IMG/VR virus record: IMGVR_UViG_3300021976_000009
Source of the DNA: an uncultured virus (IMG/VR IMGVR_UViG_3300021976_000009)
Lineage: Duplodnaviria > Heunggongvirae > Uroviricota > Caudoviricetes
Direction: 5' to 3' (one strand)
DNA length: 64,000 nt
Below are positions 50,831-61,009 of this stretch, in pieces. Both the position numbers and the translations under genes were made by a program. Numbering within the stretch: position 1 is the stretch's first letter; each line of letters opens with the position of its first letter. The notes under the pieces were generated by a model. That model ran no database searches. It was given only the letters and a program-made list of their open reading frames with translations, and was not told the DNA's origin.

Positions 50831-51712
50831 ATGAGCACGACACTTGAAATGGGCCGTAAGATTGTCAAAGTTCCGATGAACAAGATCAAGCACATTGACG
50901 AGCACAACTGTCGGGGACGGGTACAGCCACAGGATTGCGTTACATTGGCTGCACGCATCCGTACCGAAGGGCTGTTGTACCCTATCCAGATTGCCAAACT
51001 TCGGGAACCTGAGGGTGAGTACGAATATGAGATCATCGCCGGTTTTCGCCGTTTCATGGCACACCGGATCAATGAAGCTGAAACGATTGAATGCGAAATT
51101 CTATCAGATTCGCTATCGGAAGCGGATAAGGCCGTTATTAATTTAACGGAGAATCTTTCCCGAGCCGATTTGAATATCCTCCAGGAAGCCGCAGGACTTG
51201 ATCGAATCAAACGTCTCCGTTCTATGACGCAAAAAGAGTTAGCCGATACCCTAGGCGTGTCACAGAAGTGGGTCCAGATTCGGCTCTGGTCCCTGGAACT
51301 TGAACAGCCAATCCAGGAAGATATTCGAAAAGGTTTCCTAAAACAACAGCACATCGAACAACTCAAAGCTCTCCCTGCTGGCGCGAAGCGATTTGCTTAC
51401 GTCAAGCAGGTCAAATCGGCCCAGCTCTCCAATGAGAAGCCTCGTGTCTCATTAGCAAAGAAGAATCCGTTCTCAAAGAAAAGGCGAGAGCGGGTAGAAA
51501 TCTTTGAGATGCAAGATCATCTATTAGAGTCGCTCGGCGGGGGAAGAGTTGACAAACTCCCCGAGAACGCTCGTCTGATTTTGCAGGCACTCGGTTGGGC
51601 TGCTGGGGAGACAACAGATATGGAAATGTACGGGACTCTTCGTGCGATTGCGAAGAAGAATGGGTTGCATTATGAAATACCAGAGTCAGCAATGTCAGCC
51701 CTCCAAGGATGA
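50831..51712 (+). CDS. parB: ParB/Spo0J-family protein
   Basis: LA..I...GLL.PI, YEIIAGFRRF.A, ENL.R.DLN...EA, HTH TQKELADTLGVSQKWV. Confidence 0.93.
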   Translation: MSTTLEMGRKIVKVPMNKIKHIDEHNCRGRVQPQDCVTLAARIRTEGLLYPIQIAKLREPEGEYEYEIIAGFRRFMAHRINEAETIECEILSDSLSEADKAVINLTENLSRADLNILQEAAGLDRIKRLRSMTQKELADTLGVSQKWVQIRLWSLELEQPIQEDIRKGFLKQQHIEQLKALPAGAKRFAYVKQVKSAQLSNEKPRVSLAKKNPFSKKRRERVEIFEMQDHLLESLGGGRVDKLPENARLILQALGWAAGETTDMEMYGTLRAIAKKNGLHYEIPESAMSALQG

Positions 51713-51863
51713 TTGTCGGCGATGCAAAATCAAGCTTCGCCTTGTTCATGGAAAACGTGGCTATTATTACCGTTGCGATATCTGCAAAGTGACGGTGAAT
51801 AAGAAGCCAATTAGGGAAACCGTGTTATCGTGATCCTTTAACAACTAATAGAAAAAGTTACCA

Positions 51864-54389
51864 ATGAGTGAGCCAATTTTCTATGATACGGAAACAGTTG
51901 GTCTTCAGGGGCCAATTGTTCTTTTGCAATATGCTCAGGGAGATGATCCTGTTAGTCTCCATTCCGTCTGGACGGAACCAATTAGTGACACGATGGAAAT
52001 TATCGAATGGATGATGAACAATGCCGGTGGCGTCATCGGGTTCAATCTTGCATTTGATCATTTCCATCTGTGTCAACTCTATACGACACTGGCACGTTTA
52101 CGTTCTCAGGTTGGTGATGACGAGTTGCCCGAGGAGCATATCAATCTTTATGCGGAATTGGAACCGGGAGCCCGAGACGGCGATTGTTTGAAGCCGGTAA
52201 GTGTCTGTGATCTCATGTTAGTGGCACGCCGTGGCCCTTATCAATCCATGATGGCACGTAAGCCGATCAGGATACGTAAGGTTCCGGCTATCTTAGCCAT
52301 TCCGTTAGCTGCTGAACTTGAAGAACGTCTAGTGCTTAATGAAATCTATTTCAGCAAGCGAAAGAATAAAAATCTGCCCAAGTGGCAGGTCAAAGAATGT
52401 CGCGATAGGAAAAATTCTAATAGAGTTGATCCCGCTTTCAATGATATCGTTCTCGATTTCAAAGCATCCACTGCCTTGAAAGTCATAGCAAATGATATGT
52501 TAGGGGAGGATCGGTATGGACGCCAACGTTTCACTTATGGAGATATTGAACTTAACAAAAAGCATTATCCGGGTGAGTTGGGATATGCCCCTTTTGCTTT
52601 GGCGACTTCGACGGCAAAAGCCAGGTGGCGTATCTCTGACAAATTTCCAATACGAAAAATACGTCGGAAGTATTCATGGCCTGGTGTCATTAAGCATCAT
52701 ATATCGCACTGGACCTACGGAACTCACGCCAGAATGTATGCTGAGGATGACGTTAAAGACACCCGAGGCATTTGGAAAGGATTCGATTATCCTCAGCTTG
52801 GTGATGTCGATAGTGAGTTGGCATGTATGGTCGGGGCTGTGCGTTGGCGAGGATTTACGATTGATCCGAGCAAAATTCAAAACTTCAAGGAAGAAGCTAT
52901 CAAAATTGCTAAAAGGGCTCCCAGATCACCACGAGAAGTGAAAGATTATCTTAGTCCTCTAATGACTCCGATAGAGAAACTCTCTTTTACTACCACTGAT
53001 AAAGTTACTTTAACGAATATGGCTGGTGATCCCGAGAACGCTATCATAGGCTGGCAGGTAGATTGTCCCGATTGTAATGGTGTAGGAACACGGGATGTTC
53101 TCCCAATGTTAGAAGCTTCCATGACTAGGGGAATGCCAACTCTAGTAGAGAAACCAAAAGTTCTGGAAGTTCCTTGTACCACTTGTGAAGGCTCCGGAGG
53201 AGTCGATCATCCTGTAACGGAGAAAGCTCGTCTTGTCCTAAAAAGTCGTAAGGCGAAAAAGGACATTGAGATTTACGATAAGCTTCTCATTGCTGATAGA
53301 TTCCATGCAAGCTTTAGCGTCATTGGCACTCTTTCTAGCCGCATGTCTGGCAGCGATAACCTCAACCCACAGGCTATCAGGAACGACAAGACCTTTAGAT
53401 CCGCATTTACCCTTGCTCATTCTAATAGCGTACTATGTGGTGGCGATTTTTCTTCTTTTGAAGTAAGTCTCGCCGAAGCAAATTACAACGACGCGAAATT
53501 AAGGGAACAACTTCTTTCAACAACGGAGTGCTACCTATGCGGGGGACAAAATCCCGAGTGCAAAGATTGCTTCGGTACGAACAAAACCCCGATGAAAATT
53601 CACGCTTTGTTCGGGACGATGTGTTTCCCTCAAATGTCTTACGCAGAGATCGTCAAGAACAAAATTATTTATACTCGCTCAAAATCAGGATTCTTTTCGC
53701 AAATTTACGGCGGCAACTTCTCAACCTTAATGAGCCGCCTGGGCGTTGACGAAGAAAGTGCAATGAAAGCGGAAGCCCGCTTTACCAATACCTATGACGG
53801 AGTGAAGCGAGCCCGGCAACTTATTTTCGATAAGTTCTGTTCCATGAGACAACCGAATGGAATCGGAACTAAGGTTATTTGGCATGAGCCCTCTGACTAT
53901 ATCGAGAACATGCTTGATCCACCTTTTAGGAGGTATTTTCTATTAGAGAATCAAATAGCAAAAGTGCTATTCGAGTTAGCCAATACTCCACCCAAAGGTT
54001 GGAGAGAATTCAAAGATTTCAAAGTCTGGCGAAGAGACCGTGAACAGACTGCCGGGGGAGCCGTCCAATCAGCATTGTACGGTGCTGCTTTTCAGATTCA
54101 GGCAGCCAATATGCGAGCCGCCGCCAATCACGTTATCCAATCCACAGGAGCGGAGATTACGAAAGCGGTCCAATTTGATATCTGGAAATTGCAGCCTCCC
54201 GGCATCAATCGTTGGCGAGTGCAGCCAATGAATATTCACGACGAAATTGAGGTGGTAATTGATAATGATCCGAATCTAGTAGATTCGGTTCAGTCGGTAG
54301 TAATGCAGCGTACTGAGTCATATCGTCCACTTGTTCCCCTAATTGGGATTGAGTGGAAAAACTACATGAAGTCATGGGGCGAAAAGTAG
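51864..54389 (+). CDS. polA: Family A DNA polymerase with 3'-5' exonuclease
   Basis: YDTET, GFNLAFD, YAEDD; SRMS...NPQ, DFSSFEV (A), K...F...YG (B), IHDEI (C). Confidence 0.92.
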   Translation: MSEPIFYDTETVGLQGPIVLLQYAQGDDPVSLHSVWTEPISDTMEIIEWMMNNAGGVIGFNLAFDHFHLCQLYTTLARLRSQVGDDELPEEHINLYAELEPGARDGDCLKPVSVCDLMLVARRGPYQSMMARKPIRIRKVPAILAIPLAAELEERLVLNEIYFSKRKNKNLPKWQVKECRDRKNSNRVDPAFNDIVLDFKASTALKVIANDMLGEDRYGRQRFTYGDIELNKKHYPGELGYAPFALATSTAKARWRISDKFPIRKIRRKYSWPGVIKHHISHWTYGTHARMYAEDDVKDTRGIWKGFDYPQLGDVDSELACMVGAVRWRGFTIDPSKIQNFKEEAIKIAKRAPRSPREVKDYLSPLMTPIEKLSFTTTDKVTLTNMAGDPENAIIGWQVDCPDCNGVGTRDVLPMLEASMTRGMPTLVEKPKVLEVPCTTCEGSGGVDHPVTEKARLVLKSRKAKKDIEIYDKLLIADRFHASFSVIGTLSSRMSGSDNLNPQAIRNDKTFRSAFTLAHSNSVLCGGDFSSFEVSLAEANYNDAKLREQLLSTTECYLCGGQNPECKDCFGTNKTPMKIHALFGTMCFPQMSYAEIVKNKIIYTRSKSGFFSQIYGGNFSTLMSRLGVDEESAMKAEARFTNTYDGVKRARQLIFDKFCSMRQPNGIGTKVIWHEPSDYIENMLDPPFRRYFLLENQIAKVLFELANTPPKGWREFKDFKVWRRDREQTAGGAVQSALYGAAFQIQAANMRAAANHVIQSTGAEITKAVQFDIWKLQPPGINRWRVQPMNIHDEIEVVIDNDPNLVDSVQSVVMQRTESYRPLVPLIGIEWKNYMKSWGEK

Positions 54390-54405
54390 GCCCAGGAGAA
54401 ATCGA

Positions 54406-54606
54406 GTGGACCTCAACTTGCTTCTACAACTCGTTGAGACGTATGCAAACAAGCCAGGACTTGACGCCGATGAACGTCATTTGTATCAAGTTCTAAAAAC
54501 CTATCTCGCTTTACAAATGCGGGCGGGCACGCTCCAACTCAAGAAAGTGTTGATTGCTGAGGGTTTCACAAATGATGACCTTGAGGGTTTTACAGCAGAG
54601 GGCTAG
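54406..54606 (+). CDS. Hypothetical protein
   Basis: RBS AGGAG before GTG. Confidence 0.6.
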   Translation: MDLNLLLQLVETYANKPGLDADERHLYQVLKTYLALQMRAGTLQLKKVLIAEGFTNDDLEGFTAEG

Positions 54607-54961
54607 CGAAAGGATTAATCGACTCCGACGTGTGCAAAGATTAATTGAAACTGAAGACTTTGCACTAGCTTGGAGTAGCGCGACCTCTGTAAAACGTAGA
54701 GAAATAGAAGGATGGATTCATTTAGGTAGTATAACTCTACTAGAGTTGTGGTTGGTTAAAGCCAATCGCGTTGATCTGGAAACAATGTCCCTACGCCAAT
54801 TGCGTGCTCGTGCAAGTAAAAGTTCAGTTCCCTATTACGGAAGATTGAGTCGTTCCGAGTTAATCTGGGAGATCACCAATGCAGAAAGAAACGCTCTCGA
54901 ATTCCATCAAAGCGATCCGGGCGGAAATGGAACCCCTTGCCTTCAAATGGGCCAAGGTTAA
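54572..54961 (+). CDS. Protein with Rho-N-terminal-like helix-extension-helix
   Basis: LETMSLRQLRARA....VPYYGRLSRSELI. Confidence 0.55.
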   Translation: MMTLRVLQQRASERINRLRRVQRLIETEDFALAWSSATSVKRREIEGWIHLGSITLLELWLVKANRVDLETMSLRQLRARASKSSVPYYGRLSRSELIWEITNAERNALEFHQSDPGGNGTPCLQMGQG

Positions 54962-55262
54962 CAAGAGAGTGTTTGAGATGAAGTTTAAGGTCCGAGAGGA
55001 CTCAACTCAAAAAGAGTTGACCGATCAATTGGCTCGGGTAAAGGCCATTCGTAATGGTGATTTCGCCGAGCTATTGAAAGTCTGGAATATTCTCCCTGAA
55101 AGTCAGTGGGAGATGACTTTCCAGCAACAAATGCGGCATTTACCTGAGTACAGAGACTTGAGAAAAGCGTTAGCTAAGTTCAAGTCAAACTTCATGCGGA
55201 AGAAAACCAATGCCGGGAAAAGTACGACCAAACAAGACCGAGATCAAGAAGTTCCTGGATAG
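54879..55262 (+). CDS. Hypothetical protein
   Basis: RBS GGGAG. Confidence 0.6.
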   Translation: MQKETLSNSIKAIRAEMEPLAFKWAKVNKRVFEMKFKVREDSTQKELTDQLARVKAIRNGDFAELLKVWNILPESQWEMTFQQQMRHLPEYRDLRKALAKFKSNFMRKKTNAGKSTTKQDRDQEVPG

Positions 55263-55563
55263 TGCTCTCATTGACCCGAATAAGCGAGATGATTACATCT
55301 CCCGTCAACTTGTCGAGAACGGTGATCCCAGCTATTTCGAGATGAGAGTTGTCGAGTATATGCAGGAAGCCAGGAGACTCCGGATAAGGATATCAGCTTC
55401 CCGTGTTCGACCGACAACTCTATTAGAGGAATATGAATTCATAATGCGAAAGGCGATGACTGCCATTGCCATTGCCGCAGGGAAATTGAAAGTTGAAAAT
55501 GAGACCAAAACCCCCAAAGCCACGAATCGGCCCGGAAGCAATAGTTCAAGGGGACTTGGTTGA
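55210..55563 (+). CDS. Hypothetical protein
   Basis: RBS GGAG. Confidence 0.55.
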   Translation: MPGKVRPNKTEIKKFLDSALIDPNKRDDYISRQLVENGDPSYFEMRVVEYMQEARRLRIRISASRVRPTTLLEEYEFIMRKAMTAIAIAAGKLKVENETKTPKATNRPGSNSSRGLG

Positions 55564-55921
55564 TTTTCTCCGGATGCGTCAATGGATTGTGAAAGAGACG
55601 CATGGAAATCTCTACCAATCGGGCCTTCCTGATCTCTATATCGCTCATAGAGATTATGGAGCCCGATGGGTAGAATGCAAAAACGCTCTCTCCTACTCGT
55701 TCACTCCGGCACAATTAGAATTTTTCCCGTTGCTCGCATCCGTTGGTATTGGCGTTTGGATACTGACGGCTGCGAGCGACGAGGAATATTTCAAATTGTG
55801 GGAACCTGCTAACTGGTGGCAATATCTTCCAGTGAGCAAGCCTAAGGTAAGGAGAAGCCAACCGAAGAATAATCATACCTATACTCCGAAATACCCATTC
55901 AAACTTCCCGGTGAAAAATAA
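55499..55921 (+). CDS. VRR-NUC-type PD-(D/E)xK nuclease (resolvase-like)
   Basis: E..VQ, GLPDL, WVECK, TPAQ..F. Confidence 0.85.
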   Translation: MRPKPPKPRIGPEAIVQGDLVDFLRMRQWIVKETHGNLYQSGLPDLYIAHRDYGARWVECKNALSYSFTPAQLEFFPLLASVGIGVWILTAASDEEYFKLWEPANWWQYLPVSKPKVRRSQPKNNHTYTPKYPFKLPGEK

Positions 55922-55947
55922 TGTTCCCTTCAATAAAAGGTAGAAAG

Positions 55948-56496
55948 ATGAAGGACCTTATCCTTGTTATTGATGTTGAAAGTGTTGGCCTTCACGGTCC
56001 AGCTTTCGCCGTAGGCTATACACTTATGCATTTCAATGGTGAAATTCTATTTGAAGGGACTCATGCCACTAATCCTAATGGTATGTCACCTGTTGATGAT
56101 CTTGGCTTGAAATGGGTAAATGAGCATGTCAAAATCGACAATTTCAATCACCTTAATGCTTTCCAGATGAGACGTGCCTTTTGGGATATCTGGGATAAGG
56201 TCCGTAATGAAGCCTGGATGGCTGCCAATTGTACCTGGCCAGTGGAAAGTAATTTCCTGTCTGCATGTATCGCGGACGATCCCGTGATACGGATGTGGCA
56301 AGGCCCGTATCCTCTATTAGATATTTCAACGATAAGTATTGCCAGTGGGCGGCGAAACTATCGACGAGAGGAGCGGTTGCCTAACGAACTTCCTGAACAT
56401 AATCCATTGATGGATGTTCGCCAATCTGCCCGGCTTCTTGCCGAAATGTTACCAGATTTCAATGGTGCATTAGACATCCTTGAACGCGGTCTCTAA
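55948..56496 (+). CDS. DEDDh 3'-5' exonuclease (catalytic motifs present)
   Basis: IDVESVG, HNPLMD. Confidence 0.8.
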   Translation: MKDLILVIDVESVGLHGPAFAVGYTLMHFNGEILFEGTHATNPNGMSPVDDLGLKWVNEHVKIDNFNHLNAFQMRRAFWDIWDKVRNEAWMAANCTWPVESNFLSACIADDPVIRMWQGPYPLLDISTISIASGRRNYRREERLPNELPEHNPLMDVRQSARLLAEMLPDFNGALDILERGL

Positions 56497-56519
56497 ACGT
56501 AAATCTAATAGAGGTAACA

Positions 56520-56813
56520 ATGAGTGACGATTTCACAGTAACATCTACTCCTGACGGACACCATTACATCAAAACTAAAGCGTGTGGTATCCATCCTTTA
56601 GATATTATCTCAGCAAAGTTACCGATATGTGAATTTGCTGATGATCCAGTTGAGGTCTATATTGACTTGGATATTGTAATAGAATTTCATCAAAGGGATT
56701 ATATTTTTAGAGGTATTGAAGATACGAAAATTCTTATTGATCTATTGTTAGGTGTTAAAGAAAAGATCAAATCTGGCAATTACACTTTACGAAAGAGGAG
56801 GAAACGTCGATGA
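56520..56813 (+). CDS. Hypothetical protein
   Basis: RBS GAGG. Confidence 0.55.
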   Translation: MSDDFTVTSTPDGHHYIKTKACGIHPLDIISAKLPICEFADDPVEVYIDLDIVIEFHQRDYIFRGIEDTKILIDLLLGVKEKIKSGNYTLRKRRKRR

Positions 56814-57052
56814 TATTTGATCGAATTGATGATGTTCTTAACGGTCTGATCATTGTTCGTTATGTTCTTGTCGGTCATGTTTTTGAGATCAATGCCACTG
56901 CGAATGGTATTGTGATCTCGGGTACATCTCCACGTTACACTGACGGGATAGCGATCAATGAAGTTTTGGTATGGGCTCACTACCAAGCTCAACGGTTGCG
57001 TGAAACAGGTCACCCTATTGCTCAAGATGTCCTTAATCGAGGTGGACTATGA
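56810..57052 (+). CDS. Hypothetical protein
   Basis: RBS GAGGAGG, ATGA overlap. Confidence 0.6.
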   Translation: MIFDRIDDVLNGLIIVRYVLVGHVFEINATANGIVISGTSPRYTDGIAINEVLVWAHYQAQRLRETGHPIAQDVLNRGGL

Positions 57053-57291
57053 GTAGTAACTTTGGTATGGTCCCTTCGGACAAGTTCAAAAGTCACATCG
57101 TTCCTAATGATGGACAATTTCCCGTTGGGCGATGTGTCCAAAAGGTAATGTTCATCATTCCGAAAACGATCCAAGCTGGCGATACCATTCGGTATGAGAT
57201 TCCCTATGATAGTGAAGGGAATTTGATCGAGGGCGATTTTCTCGCTACCATCGACAAAGACAATAACGTGAAGATCATCGGTAACGGTTAA
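57049..57291 (+). CDS. Hypothetical protein
   Basis: ATGA overlap. Confidence 0.55.
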   Translation: MSSNFGMVPSDKFKSHIVPNDGQFPVGRCVQKVMFIIPKTIQAGDTIRYEIPYDSEGNLIEGDFLATIDKDNNVKIIGNG

Positions 57292-57335
57292 TCCGTTACC
57301 GAGATGAGTGATTATCTAATAGATTCGAGGGATTG

Positions 57336-59375
57336 ATGCTGACGCTTCCGGAAATCGAAAAACGTTTCATGTTCAATGTCAATGGCAAGTTCGTTAAAGA
57401 ACTGCCGGATCGCATTGTCAACTTGATGAAAGACAATCCCGTTCCTTGGGGGCCGGTTGGCTATGTCACATATAAGCGGACGTACTCCCGTCACTTGGAC
57501 GATAATGATCTTACGTCGCCGAAGGAAGAGTATTGGCAAACCCTTCGGCGATGTGTCAATGGAGTGTTGCACATTGGTGGTGCATTTACTCTGCGAGAAT
57601 TGGAATTGCTCTGCGGTTACCTTATCAATCTCAAATGCAACTTCTCTGGTAGAGGATTATGGCAACTAGGAACCTCTACCGTCGACAGGGTTGGTGGAGA
57701 CTCATTACAGGCGTGTTGGCACGTTCGCGTCAACGAGCCCATTCATCCGTTCGCATTCACCTTCGAGGAACTTATGTTAGGTGGGGGTGTTGGATTCTCC
57801 ATCATGCCCGAGGATGTTTATGAGATTCCGGTTGTTAAACACAATGTGAATGTAACTCGCGTTGACACATATGATTGCGATTTCATTGTTCCCGATAATC
57901 GGGAGGGTTGGGTAGAACTCCTGAAGCGTATACTTTCAGCGTTCTTTTTCACCGGGAAAGATATCAATTACAATCCGGATTGTCTTCGTGCCAAAGGTAA
58001 ACGGATTAAGAGCTTCGGTGGAACGGCTTCCGGTTCGGAGGATTTGGTCAAAGGCTTGGCGGAAATCGTGCGAATCTTAAAGAGTCGGCACGAACAGAAA
58101 TTGCGTCCTATTGACGCTCTTGATATCCAGAATATCTTGGGTATGATCGTGGTTGCTGGGAACGTTCGTAGAAGTGCTCAGATCGCCAAAGGATCAGGTA
58201 GGGATAGAGATTTCCTGTTAGCAAAGTATTGGGGCAATGGTCAGTTGATTCCTAAGTGGCGTCAACAGTCGAACAATACCGTTGCGGAAAGCAACCTTGA
58301 CGATCTTCTCCCGGAATTCTGGTGGGGTTACGAAGTCGATGAATTCGGCCAGGGACGTGGAGAGCCTTATGGACTCTTCAACCCTTATCTCGCTGCCAAT
58401 TTTGGTCGCCTGGTTGATGGTCTACGTCTCGGTTATAATAGCCGAGTGTGTGGCCCTAATCCTTGCGGCGAAATTATGCTTGAGTCGGATGAAGCCTGTA
58501 ACCTGGCGGAACTCTATCTCACAAACTTGGCGGATGGACAGGAATTCCATACCGCAGCGGCATTGATGTACAAGTGCCAGAAGACCGTCTCATCACTCCC
58601 ATTTCTCTATGATCGGACCAATGCCGTTGTAAGTCGTAATCAACGGTTAGGATTGGGTATCACGGGAGTATTTGCTGCCAGTCCGAACATGAGAAATCCC
58701 GTGATCTTTGATAGTGTGTATAAGCACATTGTTGAATGCGATCGTGAGTATACTCAGCTATTAGGTAATGGCGTTCCCATGTCCATTGCGTACACGACCG
58801 TTAAGCCTTCGGGAACGGCTGCCAAGTTGGCCAATGGTTGCACTCCCGGAGCTAATCCTGCCTACTCTCTTTATCAGATTTTGCGGATTGCTTTCGCTGC
58901 CGATAGTCCGATGCTGCCGACTCTAAAAGATTCGGGCTATCCAATGGAACCCAAATTGAATCAGGACGGTAGTCGCGATTTCAATACCACGATGGTATCC
59001 TTCCCCGTTCGGTATCCGGACGGAACTCCCACCGAAGATATCACCGCCATTGAACAACTCGATAACATCGTTCTCCTCCAACGCTATTGGAGCGATAATG
59101 CTGTTTCGGCCACGATCCAGTACCGACCGGAAGAACTAGACGGTATCAAGGTTTGGATGAAAACCAATTACAAAGAAAATCTCAAGTCAATCGCATTCTG
59201 CTTGCACAGTGGACATGGTTTTAAACAGCCCCCTAACGAGGCTCTCACAAAGGAACAGTACGAAATATTCGCTAAGAGTGTAAAGCCGATCGACTCTTTT
59301 AGAGTTGGTGGCGATCTGGACGATACTGCCATTGATGGCGTTGAATGTATAGGTGATCGGTGTGGCATTAAGTGA
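57336..59375 (+). CDS. nrdJ: Class II (B12-dependent, monomeric RTPR-type) ribonucleotide reductase
   Basis: YKRTYSR, GRGLW, GNVRRSA, NPCGEI, CNLAE, TVKPSGT, C-terminal C....C.IK. Confidence 0.95.
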   Translation: MLTLPEIEKRFMFNVNGKFVKELPDRIVNLMKDNPVPWGPVGYVTYKRTYSRHLDDNDLTSPKEEYWQTLRRCVNGVLHIGGAFTLRELELLCGYLINLKCNFSGRGLWQLGTSTVDRVGGDSLQACWHVRVNEPIHPFAFTFEELMLGGGVGFSIMPEDVYEIPVVKHNVNVTRVDTYDCDFIVPDNREGWVELLKRILSAFFFTGKDINYNPDCLRAKGKRIKSFGGTASGSEDLVKGLAEIVRILKSRHEQKLRPIDALDIQNILGMIVVAGNVRRSAQIAKGSGRDRDFLLAKYWGNGQLIPKWRQQSNNTVAESNLDDLLPEFWWGYEVDEFGQGRGEPYGLFNPYLAANFGRLVDGLRLGYNSRVCGPNPCGEIMLESDEACNLAELYLTNLADGQEFHTAAALMYKCQKTVSSLPFLYDRTNAVVSRNQRLGLGITGVFAASPNMRNPVIFDSVYKHIVECDREYTQLLGNGVPMSIAYTTVKPSGTAAKLANGCTPGANPAYSLYQILRIAFAADSPMLPTLKDSGYPMEPKLNQDGSRDFNTTMVSFPVRYPDGTPTEDITAIEQLDNIVLLQRYWSDNAVSATIQYRPEELDGIKVWMKTNYKENLKSIAFCLHSGHGFKQPPNEALTKEQYEIFAKSVKPIDSFRVGGDLDDTAIDGVECIGDRCGIK

Positions 59376-59409
59376 TTTTCAAATGCAAGATTTGCCCAAG
59401 GATAATTAA

Positions 59410-59904
59410 ATGCGGGTAGGCGTCTTTGTCAATATTTCCAATCAATTTGCCGCGATATCCCTGAAGAAAAAAGGCTACCGCGTCAACTACGCTAACTATC
59501 TGAAACGGGTTCTCGACGAACAGGATAAATTGGTAATTGCCATTGCATATGGCAGTCAAGTGAACAATGAAGCCAGTAGATTCATTTACGTTTTAAAGAA
59601 ACAAGGTTACGTCACCAAATTCGTAGTAAGTATGCAACAGAACAGTCAGGATATTATCCAACCAGATCGAAATGTTGAAATGACAATTGATATTCTCGGC
59701 TTAAAGGATAAAGTAGACAAGATTATCATTGGTAGTAATCAAGTTGAATTAGTTCCATTGATCCACTATTTACAAATGACCGGAGTTAAAGTAAACGTGA
59801 TTTCACCTGCCCTTAGCCACCAGGAAGGTACGATCAACATGGATATTCTCAATGATGAAGATATCGTTGAGTATATCCAAAGCATGCGGGAGAAAAAGAA
59901 ATGA
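59410..59904 (+). CDS. NYN/LabA (PIN-fold) protein lacking catalytic aspartates
   Basis: VFVNISN, DRNVEMTID, IIGSNQVELVPLI..L...GVKV. Confidence 0.75.
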   Translation: MRVGVFVNISNQFAAISLKKKGYRVNYANYLKRVLDEQDKLVIAIAYGSQVNNEASRFIYVLKKQGYVTKFVVSMQQNSQDIIQPDRNVEMTIDILGLKDKVDKIIIGSNQVELVPLIHYLQMTGVKVNVISPALSHQEGTINMDILNDEDIVEYIQSMREKKK

Positions 59905-60137
59905 AGGTTGCTTTGGCAGCCTATGCTAGCACTTGGAAAGAATTCCTTGCAGCGGAGACCTTCGCCGAGAAGAAGGATATCGCATTTGAACTGGAATTCC
60001 TTCAAGGGCTCGCAAATCTAGTAGATTTTCGGGAATGGGCCAATGAGACCATTCCAGGTCATGCGGAATGGTTCGCCAACCATGACCGGAAAATGGCTCA
60101 TTTAGCTGCTTTCAAGAAGGTAATCGACGGCGATTAA
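59901..60137 (+). CDS. Hypothetical protein
   Basis: ATGA overlap. Confidence 0.55.
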   Translation: MKVALAAYASTWKEFLAAETFAEKKDIAFELEFLQGLANLVDFREWANETIPGHAEWFANHDRKMAHLAAFKKVIDGD

Positions 60138-60157
60138 TCACCAGGGACAATTAGGTT

Positions 60158-60427
60158 ATGCGGTTCAATACGTATACGTGTCAGCAATGTAAGAAAGAAA
60201 TAGTAACTCGGGAAATTGATGAAGGAACAACATCCTTCTTACTTCAATGCCGAGCTACGGAAGGCTGTCCAGGGAAGATGGAGTCAGCATTTTATAGCCG
60301 GATACCGGCTAACATTGAGCCTACTTGGGAATGGTATCGTCGCAGCGACACCAATATTATGGGTCCTGACGAGTTAGAACACCATACCAAGGGCGGCCTA
60401 TTTATTCGTAGGATCGGAGAGCGGTAA
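60158..60427 (+). CDS. Small zinc-binding protein
   Basis: Y.C..C, C....C, EWYR, H...GGL. Confidence 0.65.
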   Translation: MRFNTYTCQQCKKEIVTREIDEGTTSFLLQCRATEGCPGKMESAFYSRIPANIEPTWEWYRRSDTNIMGPDELEHHTKGGLFIRRIGER

Positions 60428-60429
60428 CT

Positions 60430-60894
60430 GTGAGAATTGTTGAAAGCCCAAACAATTGGAGTTGCGTACCTGCTGCTTTTGCTACGGCAACGGGACTGCC
60501 ATTTGATCTTCTCCTGGATAAAATAGGGCATGATGGATCGCAGATCATATTTCCCGATCTGCCGGAACCATTATGTCGTCGAGGCTTCCTTGGTCAAGAG
60601 TTAGCGTATACGCTCTTGACTTTAGGATGGTTGGTGGCTTCTTATGAGTTTGCACCCTATGGCATCGTAGACGGAGACCATGCATTTGAAATGCGGTGGG
60701 AGAATATGGACGATGTAAAGTCTACGATTCTCCGTAACTCTATCGGAGTAATCGCTGGTATCGTGAACACGACCAATCGACCTCATGCCACGGCCTGGGA
60801 TGGGAAAAAGTGTTACGATCCAAGTGGATTCGTGTACGATCTAGATCGGTACACACCAGAGATTTACTACCGGCTTCAGCCATTCGCTTTGTAA
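60430..60894 (+). CDS. Small papain-fold (C39-like) protein
   Basis: SCVPAAFA (C), HATAWDG (H), YDP (D). Confidence 0.55.
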   Translation: MRIVESPNNWSCVPAAFATATGLPFDLLLDKIGHDGSQIIFPDLPEPLCRRGFLGQELAYTLLTLGWLVASYEFAPYGIVDGDHAFEMRWENMDDVKSTILRNSIGVIAGIVNTTNRPHATAWDGKKCYDPSGFVYDLDRYTPEIYYRLQPFAL

Positions 60895-61009
60895 CGGAAC
60901 AGGGTTAGGCTGACGTATCTCCATGCATGATGCCCACTTAAATAGTGGACAACCTCCCACTTGCAACTTAGCCATCTAAGGTTGCACGCCCAGAATAGGG
61001 AGATGGTGA

